Shown piece by piece: positions 36,195-45,268 of a stretch of DNA of 64,000 nt; within the stretch, counting starts at the first letter, position 1, and the number at the start of each line of letters is the position of its first letter. The notes below the pieces were generated by a model, which was given only the letters and a program-made list of their open reading frames with translations, made no database searches and was not told the DNA's origin. The stretch is from a virus. Lineage: Duplodnaviria > Caudoviricetes. The translations under genes and the position numbers were made by a program. The stretch covers positions 32,001-96,000 of the IMG/VR virus record IMGVR_UViG_3300032285_003957; one strand, written 5' to 3'.

Positions 36195-36202
36195 CAAAGA
36201 TA
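36195..36202 (-). promoter_or_regulatory. Bacteroidota-type -7 box (TATCTTTG) for leader A/tRNA array A
   Basis: TAnnTTTG match. Confidence 0.7.
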
Positions 36203-36290
36203 ACAATAAGTATCCGAAAAAACAAGAAAAGTTCAAAATATTTTTTTTCTTAAAATAGAATATAGAGATTGCCTAATGATATTTATCAGT

Positions 36291-36788
36291 ATGACAAAAA
36301 TATTGAAGGTATCTCTCCTACCTTTATTCATGCTGTTTATGGGCCAAACCCACGCCCAAAAAGTATATCTTGATAAGGTAGAGAACAAAGTTGTAATGGG
36401 TAAAATGGCCGGTAACCGTAATCTTGGTTTCGGTTGTAAAAACATTTTCTTAGAAATTTTACAGGACAAAAATTATGATATTACCGAAACTGTGGCAGAC
36501 GCTGACATGGTATTTAAGGCTGATATTATGTATTTTGATGTAAACAGAACAAAAAGAAATGTGTCTGTATTCCATTCCGATGTGGAAGAGACTTTGGTTG
36601 TAATCAAGGGGTATCTCTATGACAAAAGTGGTAAAAAAATTAAAGAGGCTGTTGCAGAAGAGTCAAGTTCAGAAATATCCACATCAACACTTATAACAGA
36701 TGAAGGAAGTAGCTCCATAAATCAACAAGCTTTATCGCAAGCCATTAAAAAAACTTGCGTTACATTAATAAATAAAATTTTTAAATAA
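36291..36788 (+). CDS. secreted protein (signal peptide), possibly CsgG/LptE-like fold
   Basis: signal peptide ending THA-Q; TATTTAT at 36280. Confidence 0.6.
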   Translation: MTKILKVSLLPLFMLFMGQTHAQKVYLDKVENKVVMGKMAGNRNLGFGCKNIFLEILQDKNYDITETVADADMVFKADIMYFDVNRTKRNVSVFHSDVEETLVVIKGYLYDKSGKKIKEAVAEESSSEISTSTLITDEGSSSINQQALSQAIKKTCVTLINKIFK

Positions 36789-36790
36789 AC

Positions 36791-38446
36791 ATGAAAAAAA
36801 TAATAAATTTAATTGTATTAACAACATTAATACCATTCATTTCATTTGGCCAATTAACTGTAAACCAAACAGTAACCCCAACAACAGGGTTAAAAGTTGG
36901 TGATACCGTTTCGGTAAAGTATACTGTGGCAAGAGGAACTACGACACCTCGTTATTTTTGGTTAAGATACCAATATAATAACAAAGCTTTAGCTTATGTT
37001 TCAACAACATTCTCACAAGGAACTTCAGTTCAAACATATTACACAAACTGGTCTTCTTATAAATTCACAGCAAATGCAAATAAAGATGCTACCGATTTGT
37101 ATGAGCAATATAAATTAACACCATGGGCGTATACAACCAATGCTGATTGGAATGTTGGTCAGTTAACAGTTCAAAGAACTGACGCAGCAATTAATGGAGA
37201 CATTGCAACTCAAAAATATGTAATCAAAGATTTAGGTGATTATACAAACATCCATAAAATAGATTTATCCTATTCAATTGATGGAACAGGTGCTAATATT
37301 AGCCCAATCACAACTAATCCTGGTACAATGTCTTTATCAAACGTTGTTGGTAACACATCTCAATTTAAAGTAAGAGTTTTATTCCCAACAGGATACGATA
37401 TCACTTCTCATAGTGTGTCTTTATTACCATTAAAAACAACAGGTGAGGTTGATTGGACCGCAAGAGCCATTGCAACTAAACCATTGGATGCAAGTGGTGA
37501 AGCCATTTTTACAACGGAGGCTAAAGTAGGTGACACGTTTGCTGTATTTGTAAATGCGGCATTACAGAAAACATTTATGAATAACATCATAACAGTATCA
37601 GACGCTTATAAAGCATTCTTAGGTGTTTCCCAAACAGATATCAATGGTAACGCAACTTACTTTACATATCCTTCATTAGAGAAGAAAATTGGTTTAATTA
37701 CAAACGGAAAAACAGCATTTAGCGAAAGCGACTCATACAATTTATTTGCAAATGTTATGGGTATTGATGTTAGTTCTGTTGCAATGATTCCATCAAATGC
37801 TGCACCCGTAAATGGTGTGGTTAACTTCAAATGGTATAATGGTTTATTAAATCAAAGTTGGTTAGACGGCGTTCCAACATATAAAACAAAAGTAACATCA
37901 TCAAATCAAGCGGTTGATATGGTATTTGCATGGGGCGGTGATTTAGACTGGTCTCATTCATCTTCACCAACAGAAATTGCATCAAGAATTTCAAGTGGTA
38001 ATTACGCTAACTCGGTTAACCCATCAAACGGAACCATCAAAACCATGTCTTTAACAACTATGTCATATACACCAACAATAGAAAAAGCAACATTAGGTTT
38101 AGCTTCAACAATTGTTAATGGTAAAGTTGTATTAACAGGAACTTTAACTAAAGATGGTTTAGCAGGTTTAGAAGTTATTTTACAATATGATAACACAAAA
38201 TTAACATTTGATAATATTGCGTTTGATGCGGGTGCAAGTGTAACTAACTTTTCAACAAACACAGATGGTAGATTAACATTTGGTTCTATGGATCAAACAA
38301 AAACTGCAAGAATTAAAATAGGAACACCATATAAATTAACATTTACACCAAAAGAAACATTAACAAATACAGCGGGATTATTCTACACAGTTTTAGCTGA
38401 CGCTGTTGATGGAAATGGAAATAAAATCAACTTAACGGTTGAATAA
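36791..38446 (+). CDS. secreted protein with cohesin-like domains and a degenerate dockerin-like segment
   Basis: signal peptide; LEVILQYDNTKLTF..LTFGSMD; ITVSDAYKAF. Confidence 0.6.
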   Translation: MKKIINLIVLTTLIPFISFGQLTVNQTVTPTTGLKVGDTVSVKYTVARGTTTPRYFWLRYQYNNKALAYVSTTFSQGTSVQTYYTNWSSYKFTANANKDATDLYEQYKLTPWAYTTNADWNVGQLTVQRTDAAINGDIATQKYVIKDLGDYTNIHKIDLSYSIDGTGANISPITTNPGTMSLSNVVGNTSQFKVRVLFPTGYDITSHSVSLLPLKTTGEVDWTARAIATKPLDASGEAIFTTEAKVGDTFAVFVNAALQKTFMNNIITVSDAYKAFLGVSQTDINGNATYFTYPSLEKKIGLITNGKTAFSESDSYNLFANVMGIDVSSVAMIPSNAAPVNGVVNFKWYNGLLNQSWLDGVPTYKTKVTSSNQAVDMVFAWGGDLDWSHSSSPTEIASRISSGNYANSVNPSNGTIKTMSLTTMSYTPTIEKATLGLASTIVNGKVVLTGTLTKDGLAGLEVILQYDNTKLTFDNIAFDAGASVTNFSTNTDGRLTFGSMDQTKTARIKIGTPYKLTFTPKETLTNTAGLFYTVLADAVDGNGNKINLTVE

Positions 38447-40365
38447 TGAAAAAACTACTAACCTTTTTATTCTTATTAATTTGTTCAATAACCTACTCCC
38501 AATCAGGAGTGGGTTATTTGAATTATACGGTTTATAACATCATAAGTAATGGTGCGGGTCAATATGCTAATAATGCAACTAACTTTGTTAATATGTTTGA
38601 TGTTACAAAAGGTGCTAGTGTTTATGCAAGTGGTGTGACAACCGCCGCTAAGGCTTTATATTTTGTTAATAGTTGGACACCTTCAGGAGTTCCAAATGGT
38701 GGTGCATATACCGGTATTAAAATTACAGGATATTTTGTTCCAAAAGAAAGTGGAACATATTCATTTGGTATTGATGGTGATGATGGTGTGGATTTCTCAT
38801 TAGATGGTGTTGTTGTAACGTCATTTTATGGACCACATGGATTTGGTGGTTATCGTTTTGGAACAATTAATTTAGTTGCGGGTAAAACATACACATTTAT
38901 GGCTAGATATCAAAACTGGGGAGGTGGATGGGGTTTGGATTTAGCATGGAAAAGACCTTCACAGTCACAATGGACAGTTCAATCAAATGAAGTTTATTCA
39001 ACAAAACCCGCAGAACCATCTAAAAAAGGGTTGGTAAATTTTAATTTAAATACGAATTTAAATGCAACAACATTTTCAATAGGTTCATCGACATTAAGTT
39101 CAGCAGGTTCCGCCGATATAACAAATGATTTAGATAGTAATAAAATCGCTGCAGGTTATAAAGCCGCAATTACACCAGGTCAAGTTGAGTGGTCGTATAC
39201 AAATCCAAATGCAAATTGGTTAGGTGGTAATAGTAGATTATTAATTGATATGAGACAAGTTGGTAATATAGATCCAACTAAAATTAATAGTGCAAAAATA
39301 TTTGATGCGTATGATGGTGATATAACATACACATCACATGACCCAAATGGGTGGGCGATATATACGGTTCCATCACCATTAACAAAAATAACAGATGGAA
39401 CTTCAACATATAATTCATCAATTAGAAATGTAAATGGGTGGAATACCGACTATGCATTTCAAAGCACTATTACATTTTCACAAACTCAAGTGTATAAAAC
39501 ACAAACAATACCTGTAACAACAACTAATAATATATCAACATTGTATAATAGTATTGTAACGGTATCAGATGTTTATTTGGCATTCAAAGAAGTGTCAAAT
39601 GTGGGCTTATTTGGTAATCAAAGTGGTAATGAGTTTTCATATGGAATTCAATATAAAAATGCAGATGTAAATGACGACGGAGTATTCAATGAAGTGGATT
39701 GTTTCTTATTGTTACAAAATTTGACGGGTGCAAAACAATTAGTTGATACTTTTAATTTAAACAAAACATTAAGAATAATACCACAATCAACATATGACAC
39801 TATTGGTAAATCAAATTGGAATAATTTTATAACACCATTAGGTGGTTCATATTCATTTAACATAAACACCGGTAAACCAACTGACACATTTAAATTAGCA
39901 ATAGCTTGGAAGGGTGATGTGAACCTATCTCACTCAACGACACCTACGTCAAATACTTACACCACAATGTCATTAAAATCAATGAGTGTAAGTAATGAAA
40001 TAAACGCATCAATATTAACTGAAATAATAGGTGATAGTGTTTATACATACATTACATTGGACCCATTGCAACAAAATGTTGTAGGAACACAATTTCAATT
40101 GAATTATGATAATACATCATTAAAATTCAATAATGTAAAATTTACAACAAAAGGAGCGCCTACTAATTATTCAACGGATAAAGGTTCATATATTAATTTG
40201 GGTTCATTGGTTAGTGATGGTAGCACAAATTTAGATAACACCACAACATATAAAATATCTTTTACAGCAACGACTAAATTGGATAATGTATTTGGTTTGA
40301 TTTCGGTCGGTGCAACTGATGCTATTAATAAAAGTGGGACAACATTAAAAGTAAGAATGAATTAA
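38446..40365 (+). CDS. secreted protein: PA14 domain, dockerin-like motif and cohesin-like C-terminus
   Basis: ITGYFVPKESGTYSFGIDGDDG (PA14); ADVNDDGVFNEVDCFLLLQNL; GTQFQLNYDNTSLKF. Confidence 0.7.
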   Translation: MKKLLTFLFLLICSITYSQSGVGYLNYTVYNIISNGAGQYANNATNFVNMFDVTKGASVYASGVTTAAKALYFVNSWTPSGVPNGGAYTGIKITGYFVPKESGTYSFGIDGDDGVDFSLDGVVVTSFYGPHGFGGYRFGTINLVAGKTYTFMARYQNWGGGWGLDLAWKRPSQSQWTVQSNEVYSTKPAEPSKKGLVNFNLNTNLNATTFSIGSSTLSSAGSADITNDLDSNKIAAGYKAAITPGQVEWSYTNPNANWLGGNSRLLIDMRQVGNIDPTKINSAKIFDAYDGDITYTSHDPNGWAIYTVPSPLTKITDGTSTYNSSIRNVNGWNTDYAFQSTITFSQTQVYKTQTIPVTTTNNISTLYNSIVTVSDVYLAFKEVSNVGLFGNQSGNEFSYGIQYKNADVNDDGVFNEVDCFLLLQNLTGAKQLVDTFNLNKTLRIIPQSTYDTIGKSNWNNFITPLGGSYSFNINTGKPTDTFKLAIAWKGDVNLSHSTTPTSNTYTTMSLKSMSVSNEINASILTEIIGDSVYTYITLDPLQQNVVGTQFQLNYDNTSLKFNNVKFTTKGAPTNYSTDKGSYINLGSLVSDGSTNLDNTTTYKISFTATTKLDNVFGLISVGATDAINKSGTTLKVRMN

Positions 40366-40718
40366 TGAAAATTATAAAAATAATATTAATATTTTGTTTT
40401 ATTTCTGTGGTATCATGTAGAAAACCTGATTTACCGACACCTGTTGTTGCAAACAATAAGGAGTTCTTTTCGGTTTCTGAAAACGCGGTTAAAAACGGTG
40501 ATATTATAAATTTTAGTATATCAACAGGAGGTGTTTATACATTAACGATGATAGATACTGTTCAAAATCAAGTTGTATCAAGAGAAAGGTTTACAGGTAA
40601 AGCAGGTTTGAATTCACTTAAAATATTTACAAATTCCTTACCGACAAAATACCTAAGTGTCGTGTTAAAGGACCAAAATAATAATCAAATAGGTAAAACA
40701 AAAATAATTATAAATTAA
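40365..40718 (+). CDS. lipoprotein with T9SS-CTD/Ig-like domain
   Basis: lipobox VVS-C; YTLTMID..VVS..GLNSLKI..LP pattern. Confidence 0.55.
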   Translation: MKIIKIILIFCFISVVSCRKPDLPTPVVANNKEFFSVSENAVKNGDIINFSISTGGVYTLTMIDTVQNQVVSRERFTGKAGLNSLKIFTNSLPTKYLSVVLKDQNNNQIGKTKIIIN

Positions 40719-40730
40719 AAAAAGACAAAA

Positions 40731-41099
40731 ATGAAAAAAATCTCTCTCCTAATTTTCGGATTAATTGCTCTTGCGGGTTGCACAAAACAAGATATTGTTC
40801 CACAACCACAAGCAATTAGTGATAACTTAAAAATCAGCAGTTCAGTTGGTTTAAAGTTGGAAACACCTTTTGTAACAAGTGAGGTGGCTATGAACATAAA
40901 AAGTGATGTAGCTCAAACCGTTACGGTTAAAATATTTGATATCTCTAATAGAGTTGTGTCAAAATCAACAAGTGACGTAAAAGTGGGTGATAATATCTTA
41001 AGAGTATACACCTCAGCTTTACCGTCTTCAGCTTATAGAATAGCTCTATATGACGCAAATGGTAATATGTTAACCATAACTGATTTTAATAAAATCTAA
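40731..41099 (+). CDS. lipoprotein with T9SS C-terminal sorting domain-like fold
   Basis: lipobox LAG-C; VTVKIFDISNRVV..GDN..LPSSAYRIAL. Confidence 0.6.
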   Translation: MKKISLLIFGLIALAGCTKQDIVPQPQAISDNLKISSSVGLKLETPFVTSEVAMNIKSDVAQTVTVKIFDISNRVVSKSTSDVKVGDNILRVYTSALPSSAYRIALYDANGNMLTITDFNKI

Positions 41100-41133
41100 G
41101 ATAATTATATATAAACACTAAACACAAAAAAAG

Positions 41134-41505
41134 ATGGCAAAAACAAAAAAAGAACAAACGCCTGACGAAGCGATGGCAAAAAATGAAAAACACAATGACG
41201 GTTCAATGAGCGGTTTAAAGAAAACCATTATTGGAACAGTTGGAACGTTAGTTACAGCGGGTGGAGCATTTTTAATGACTTACCTACAAAAACCAAAGGA
41301 GAGTGATGCTAAAGCTCAACCACAAACACAACAATCAATAAACATTAATATCCCTCAACAACAAGCTGCAGGTAAAACTGTAATTGTTCAAGGTGGTGGA
41401 AATGGTGCCGCATCATCAGCAAAACCTGCGGAAGCAGCAAAACCAGTACCTGCACCTAAGAAAAAAGAAGGTGATGAGTTTAAAGAAAAACCTGCTCAGT
41501 GGTAA
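41134..41505 (+). CDS. single-TM membrane protein
   Basis: hydrophobic IIGTVGTLVTAGGAFLMT segment. Confidence 0.6.
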   Translation: MAKTKKEQTPDEAMAKNEKHNDGSMSGLKKTIIGTVGTLVTAGGAFLMTYLQKPKESDAKAQPQTQQSININIPQQQAAGKTVIVQGGGNGAASSAKPAEAAKPVPAPKKKEGDEFKEKPAQW

Positions 41506-41592
41506 TCTATTACCAAATAGGAACCTTAGCAGTTATAATAGGGGGATTATATCTCCTAATAAAAATGAGTTTTAAAATAGATAGAAAAAAAG

Positions 41593-42177
41593 ATGAGTGA
41601 CGAACAAAAAACCCCACAACCAAATACCGGTTTTAGGGATTTATTAAATTCAGTAATGAAAAGAAGATGGTATATTACTGCCATGGTATTGGGTGGTTTT
41701 ATGGTGATTATAGCAGGTGTATTTGCTGCTATTATGGCTAAAACACCCGCATCTGCAGAATGGAAAGAACTTCTATTATTGATGTTGGGCGCATTCATTG
41801 GTAGTTACGGTAAAATTATTGATTACTGGTTCAGCGACCAAGATAAGGATAAAATGTTGGTCCAAAAAATGGATGAAGAAGACGGAACAAGTTTATCTCA
41901 TACAAATGATATGAAGGAAACTAACACGCCGCCTACTCCACTTATCCCTGATGCGTTTGTCGCGGGTGCAGCTGCAGCAAGAGATTTAGCTGTTGTTGAA
42001 AACAAACAAAACTTTGAATTGGAGGTCGCTCAACAAAAACATGAGCATGAAATGGAAAAATTAGAATTTGAACATCATGCACACAGACAATGTGAGCACG
42101 AATGGGGTGATTCTGACCATGACGGACACGAGGAGTGTCAAAAATGTGGACTATTACGTGAAGACGTAGAAGGATAA
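41593..42177 (+). CDS. 2-TM holin-like protein with His/Cys-rich tail
   Basis: two TM helices; HHAHRQCEH..HEECQKC. Confidence 0.55.
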   Translation: MSDEQKTPQPNTGFRDLLNSVMKRRWYITAMVLGGFMVIIAGVFAAIMAKTPASAEWKELLLLMLGAFIGSYGKIIDYWFSDQDKDKMLVQKMDEEDGTSLSHTNDMKETNTPPTPLIPDAFVAGAAAARDLAVVENKQNFELEVAQQKHEHEMEKLEFEHHAHRQCEHEWGDSDHDGHEECQKCGLLREDVEG

Positions 42178-42200
42178 ATAAACGACAAAAATAACAGACT

Positions 42201-42455
42201 ATGACATTTAAAGAATGGCTTATAGACCTTTTCAAAGATGAAAGAGGCACTATCTCGGTAAAACCGGTAATCGCATTTGTAGGCGCATTATTCCTATGTG
42301 GAACAATGTTAGCAAACTCATTTTCAAATAAAGATTTTGCACCTGCACCTGAATTAGTTAATGCGGTTATGGTTATAACTGCAATTGGTATGGGCGCAGA
42401 TACTTTGGATAAATTTACAAAGAAAGAAGCACCAAAAGAAGATTCTGAAGGTTAA
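42201..42455 (+). CDS. small 2-TM holin-like protein
   Basis: two hydrophobic helices and a charged tail. Confidence 0.55.
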   Translation: MTFKEWLIDLFKDERGTISVKPVIAFVGALFLCGTMLANSFSNKDFAPAPELVNAVMVITAIGMGADTLDKFTKKEAPKEDSEG

Positions 42456-42456
42456 T

Positions 42457-42486
42457 AAAAAGGGAGTTAAGACTCCCTTTTTTTTT
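42457..42486 (+). terminator. intrinsic terminator
   Basis: aaaagggagt-taag-actccctttttt. Confidence 0.8.
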
Positions 42487-42512
42487 GGATATATTTATAT
42501 AAAAAACAGTTT

Positions 42513-42737
42513 ATGACTTTATCATTTAAAAACATCGGAGAAACACTGTTCAAAGGTTATTTAATACTTGTTGGTGTTTGGTTAGTATTTGCATTATCAT
42601 TTGATATTTTTGGGATTATACTTCATTTCACTAATCCTGATTTAGAACTAAAAATTTCAAACGAAATAGCATGGAAAATAGACGGAACTTATAAAAATAA
42701 TCCGGATAATATATGGTATGAAGGACCAAAGAAATAA
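42513..42737 (+). CDS. small membrane protein
   Basis: hydrophobic segment; TATTTATA upstream. Confidence 0.55.
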   Translation: MTLSFKNIGETLFKGYLILVGVWLVFALSFDIFGIILHFTNPDLELKISNEIAWKIDGTYKNNPDNIWYEGPKK

Positions 42738-42742
42738 TTAAA

Positions 42743-43471
42743 ATGAAAAAATTATTATTAACAACAATATTAATGACATGTTCACTTTTTTATTACAAGT
42801 GTCATGCACAAACAATTGGTAGAACTAAAACAGAAGAATTTAAAGCGGATTTTGAAAAGAAAAAAGACATTTCGGCTTATTTGAACTATGATGGACCTCA
42901 AGTTCCAATTCAAATCCTTAAGTGTGGTATCAACGACGAGACCTATGAAATGTATCCTGAATTAAAGGAAAAACGTGTAGGCTTAGGTGTTGCAAACATC
43001 ACTTTGGAATATTTGGATAACCTTGGTCGTTTTATGTTTACTGAAGATAAAACGGAAATTAAGAACCGTATGGTAAAACAATTCCAAGCGTCTCAAGCAG
43101 GTATATCTGAAGATAAATTAGATGGTCGTGGAAAGATTCGTTTAGCTCATTATTTTGTTGAAATTGAGGTATATGATTACTCAGTATCTGAAGACGAAAC
43201 TATCAATCTAAAAGACGGTATTAAAGACAATATGGTAACTCGTATAGGTTTACAAGTAAGATTTACCGATGCTCAAACAGGAACCATCATTGGTGCTTCA
43301 GGTTTAGGTGAAGCTAAAACTAACAGAGAATTAACATTGTTATCTGATGCAACTGTAGACCCAATTAAATTTAATCAATCCACAATTAGTATTGCAACTA
43401 AAAAAGCTTTAGATATTGCATGTGCAAATATTCTTGATAAAATGATTAAAAAAGGTGTGTTTACCAAATAA
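42743..43471 (+). CDS. CsgG-like secreted protein
   Basis: signal peptide; GLQVRFTDAQTGTII..GLGEA and TKKALDIAC pattern. Confidence 0.6.
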   Translation: MKKLLLTTILMTCSLFYYKCHAQTIGRTKTEEFKADFEKKKDISAYLNYDGPQVPIQILKCGINDETYEMYPELKEKRVGLGVANITLEYLDNLGRFMFTEDKTEIKNRMVKQFQASQAGISEDKLDGRGKIRLAHYFVEIEVYDYSVSEDETINLKDGIKDNMVTRIGLQVRFTDAQTGTIIGASGLGEAKTNRELTLLSDATVDPIKFNQSTISIATKKALDIACANILDKMIKKGVFTK

Positions 43472-43529
43472 AATATTTTAAGATAATGATAAGGGGGACT
43501 AAATCCCCCTTTTTTTATATTTATATGTT

Positions 43530-44459
43530 ATGGGAAAGTCAATTGTTATAACAGAATCACAACTTAAGCAAATCATAAGTAATGTGGTAAAACCTGAACC
43601 ATTAAACGAGTGCACAGTAGCAGGTGTTAGACTTAATGATGGGGTTGTTTTAGCCAAAAACAGAGATAGAGGTTATAATGCTGAAATGGAAATTGTTCAT
43701 GAAGTTTTAAATAACGTTGAAATAGCTTATTGGCATGATGTTGATACTGATTGGTCTGAAGGTATGAATGAATTTGGTATTGGTATTGTTAATTCTTCAT
43801 TAATGGTTAATGATGATGAAAAGGAAAGTGATAAAATTAAAGCCGCTAAAGAAGAAAAAGAAGAAAATAAAGATAAAAAAAAGAATCCAAGACACGCAAG
43901 TGACGGTGCTAAAATTAGACAAGCATTATTACAAAAAAATATAAGAGATTGTATTAAAGTTTTGATATCAACAAAAGGTGACGGTAGTGCAAAAGTAAAG
44001 GGTGTTACAGGACAATCAATTGTTAGTGATGGTAATGAAATTTACGTTATTGAACATTCAAGTATTGATGTTCCTGTTATTAAAAAATTAAAATCAGATA
44101 AAAAAATTGTGGTTAGAACTAATCACGGAATATTCCATAAAGATTTAGGTTACCAAAGTGGGCCCAAAAAAGAATCTTCACATAGTAGAATGGAATTAGC
44201 TAAAGAAAATTTGAAGAAGGCTAAAACAGATCAAGATGTGTTAGATTTATTAAAGAAAAAATATAAGAAAAATCCTTTTTTAAATCCATATAGAACTGAT
44301 AACAAATTTCATATGCAAACAGTTGGTCAAATTATGATGAACTGCGATAAAAAAACTATAACAATTCGTTTAGATAAAAAACATGGTGAATTTACCGGTA
44401 TGGAAACATTGTTACCAAAAGGTTATGAACCAAAAATAAAAATTAAAATAGAAAAATAA
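43530..44459 (+). CDS. Ntn-hydrolase-like protein (Cys nucleophile) behind an ITESQ..LNE propeptide
   Basis: LNE-CTVAG..LAKNRDR..EGMNEFGI..RTNH. Confidence 0.7.
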   Translation: MGKSIVITESQLKQIISNVVKPEPLNECTVAGVRLNDGVVLAKNRDRGYNAEMEIVHEVLNNVEIAYWHDVDTDWSEGMNEFGIGIVNSSLMVNDDEKESDKIKAAKEEKEENKDKKKNPRHASDGAKIRQALLQKNIRDCIKVLISTKGDGSAKVKGVTGQSIVSDGNEIYVIEHSSIDVPVIKKLKSDKKIVVRTNHGIFHKDLGYQSGPKKESSHSRMELAKENLKKAKTDQDVLDLLKKKYKKNPFLNPYRTDNKFHMQTVGQIMMNCDKKTITIRLDKKHGEFTGMETLLPKGYEPKIKIKIEK

Positions 44460-45268
44460 TGAAAAACATTTTATTCTTATTGTTACTTATCCCAACATTA
44501 ATGTTTGGGCAAGTATCTCATTGGAGAAGTAGTGCACCACAACAAGGAAGTGTGACTCCAAGAATGCAACAATCATTTCCACAACAAAATAACGTTAGTA
44601 GATGGAGAACACAAACAGAACCAATTAGACCGGGTCAACCTATCCCACAACAACCATTAGTAAGAACATATAGACCAACTATGATGAATCCATATGGTTT
44701 ATATTACGGAACATGGGGTTGGTATCAACCATACCCATATCTTTGGTATGATAACTATGGTTGGAGACATAGAAGTGTTGTTAGAATATATGAAAATGGT
44801 AAAAGAGATACTGTAGAAAAGGTTCAATACTTTAGCGCAGGTATTGGTCACACAAATAATAAACAAGCTTCTTTTTGGGGCGCCATAGGTGGTAATAAAG
44901 GATACTTTATTTTAGATTATACAATGTCGTATGATATTGACCGCAATGAATATTTTCCATATGGTAAAATTAATATGGTAGATTTCCCACTTAGTAAAAC
45001 TGATTTTATCAAGCAAGGCACATTATATCTTGGTGGCGGTAAACGATTTGGTAAATTAGGTGTTCATGGAATGATTGGATTTGGACACGAAGAGATTAGA
45101 TATCAAGGTAAAGATAACCTCGGTGGTATTTCATTTCCAAAATCAAACGCAAATTTTACAACATTTAAGTTTGGTGTTATAAGAGATTTCAAATTCTTTA
45201 CATTAAAATTAGATAGAGACCCAATTAGAAATTACAATCAAATATCTATTGGATTGCATAACTTATAA
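44459..45268 (+). CDS. secreted/outer-membrane beta-barrel-like protein
   Basis: signal peptide; alternating aromatic beta-strand pattern in the C-terminal half. Confidence 0.6.
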   Translation: MKNILFLLLLIPTLMFGQVSHWRSSAPQQGSVTPRMQQSFPQQNNVSRWRTQTEPIRPGQPIPQQPLVRTYRPTMMNPYGLYYGTWGWYQPYPYLWYDNYGWRHRSVVRIYENGKRDTVEKVQYFSAGIGHTNNKQASFWGAIGGNKGYFILDYTMSYDIDRNEYFPYGKINMVDFPLSKTDFIKQGTLYLGGGKRFGKLGVHGMIGFGHEEIRYQGKDNLGGISFPKSNANFTTFKFGVIRDFKFFTLKLDRDPIRNYNQISIGLHNL

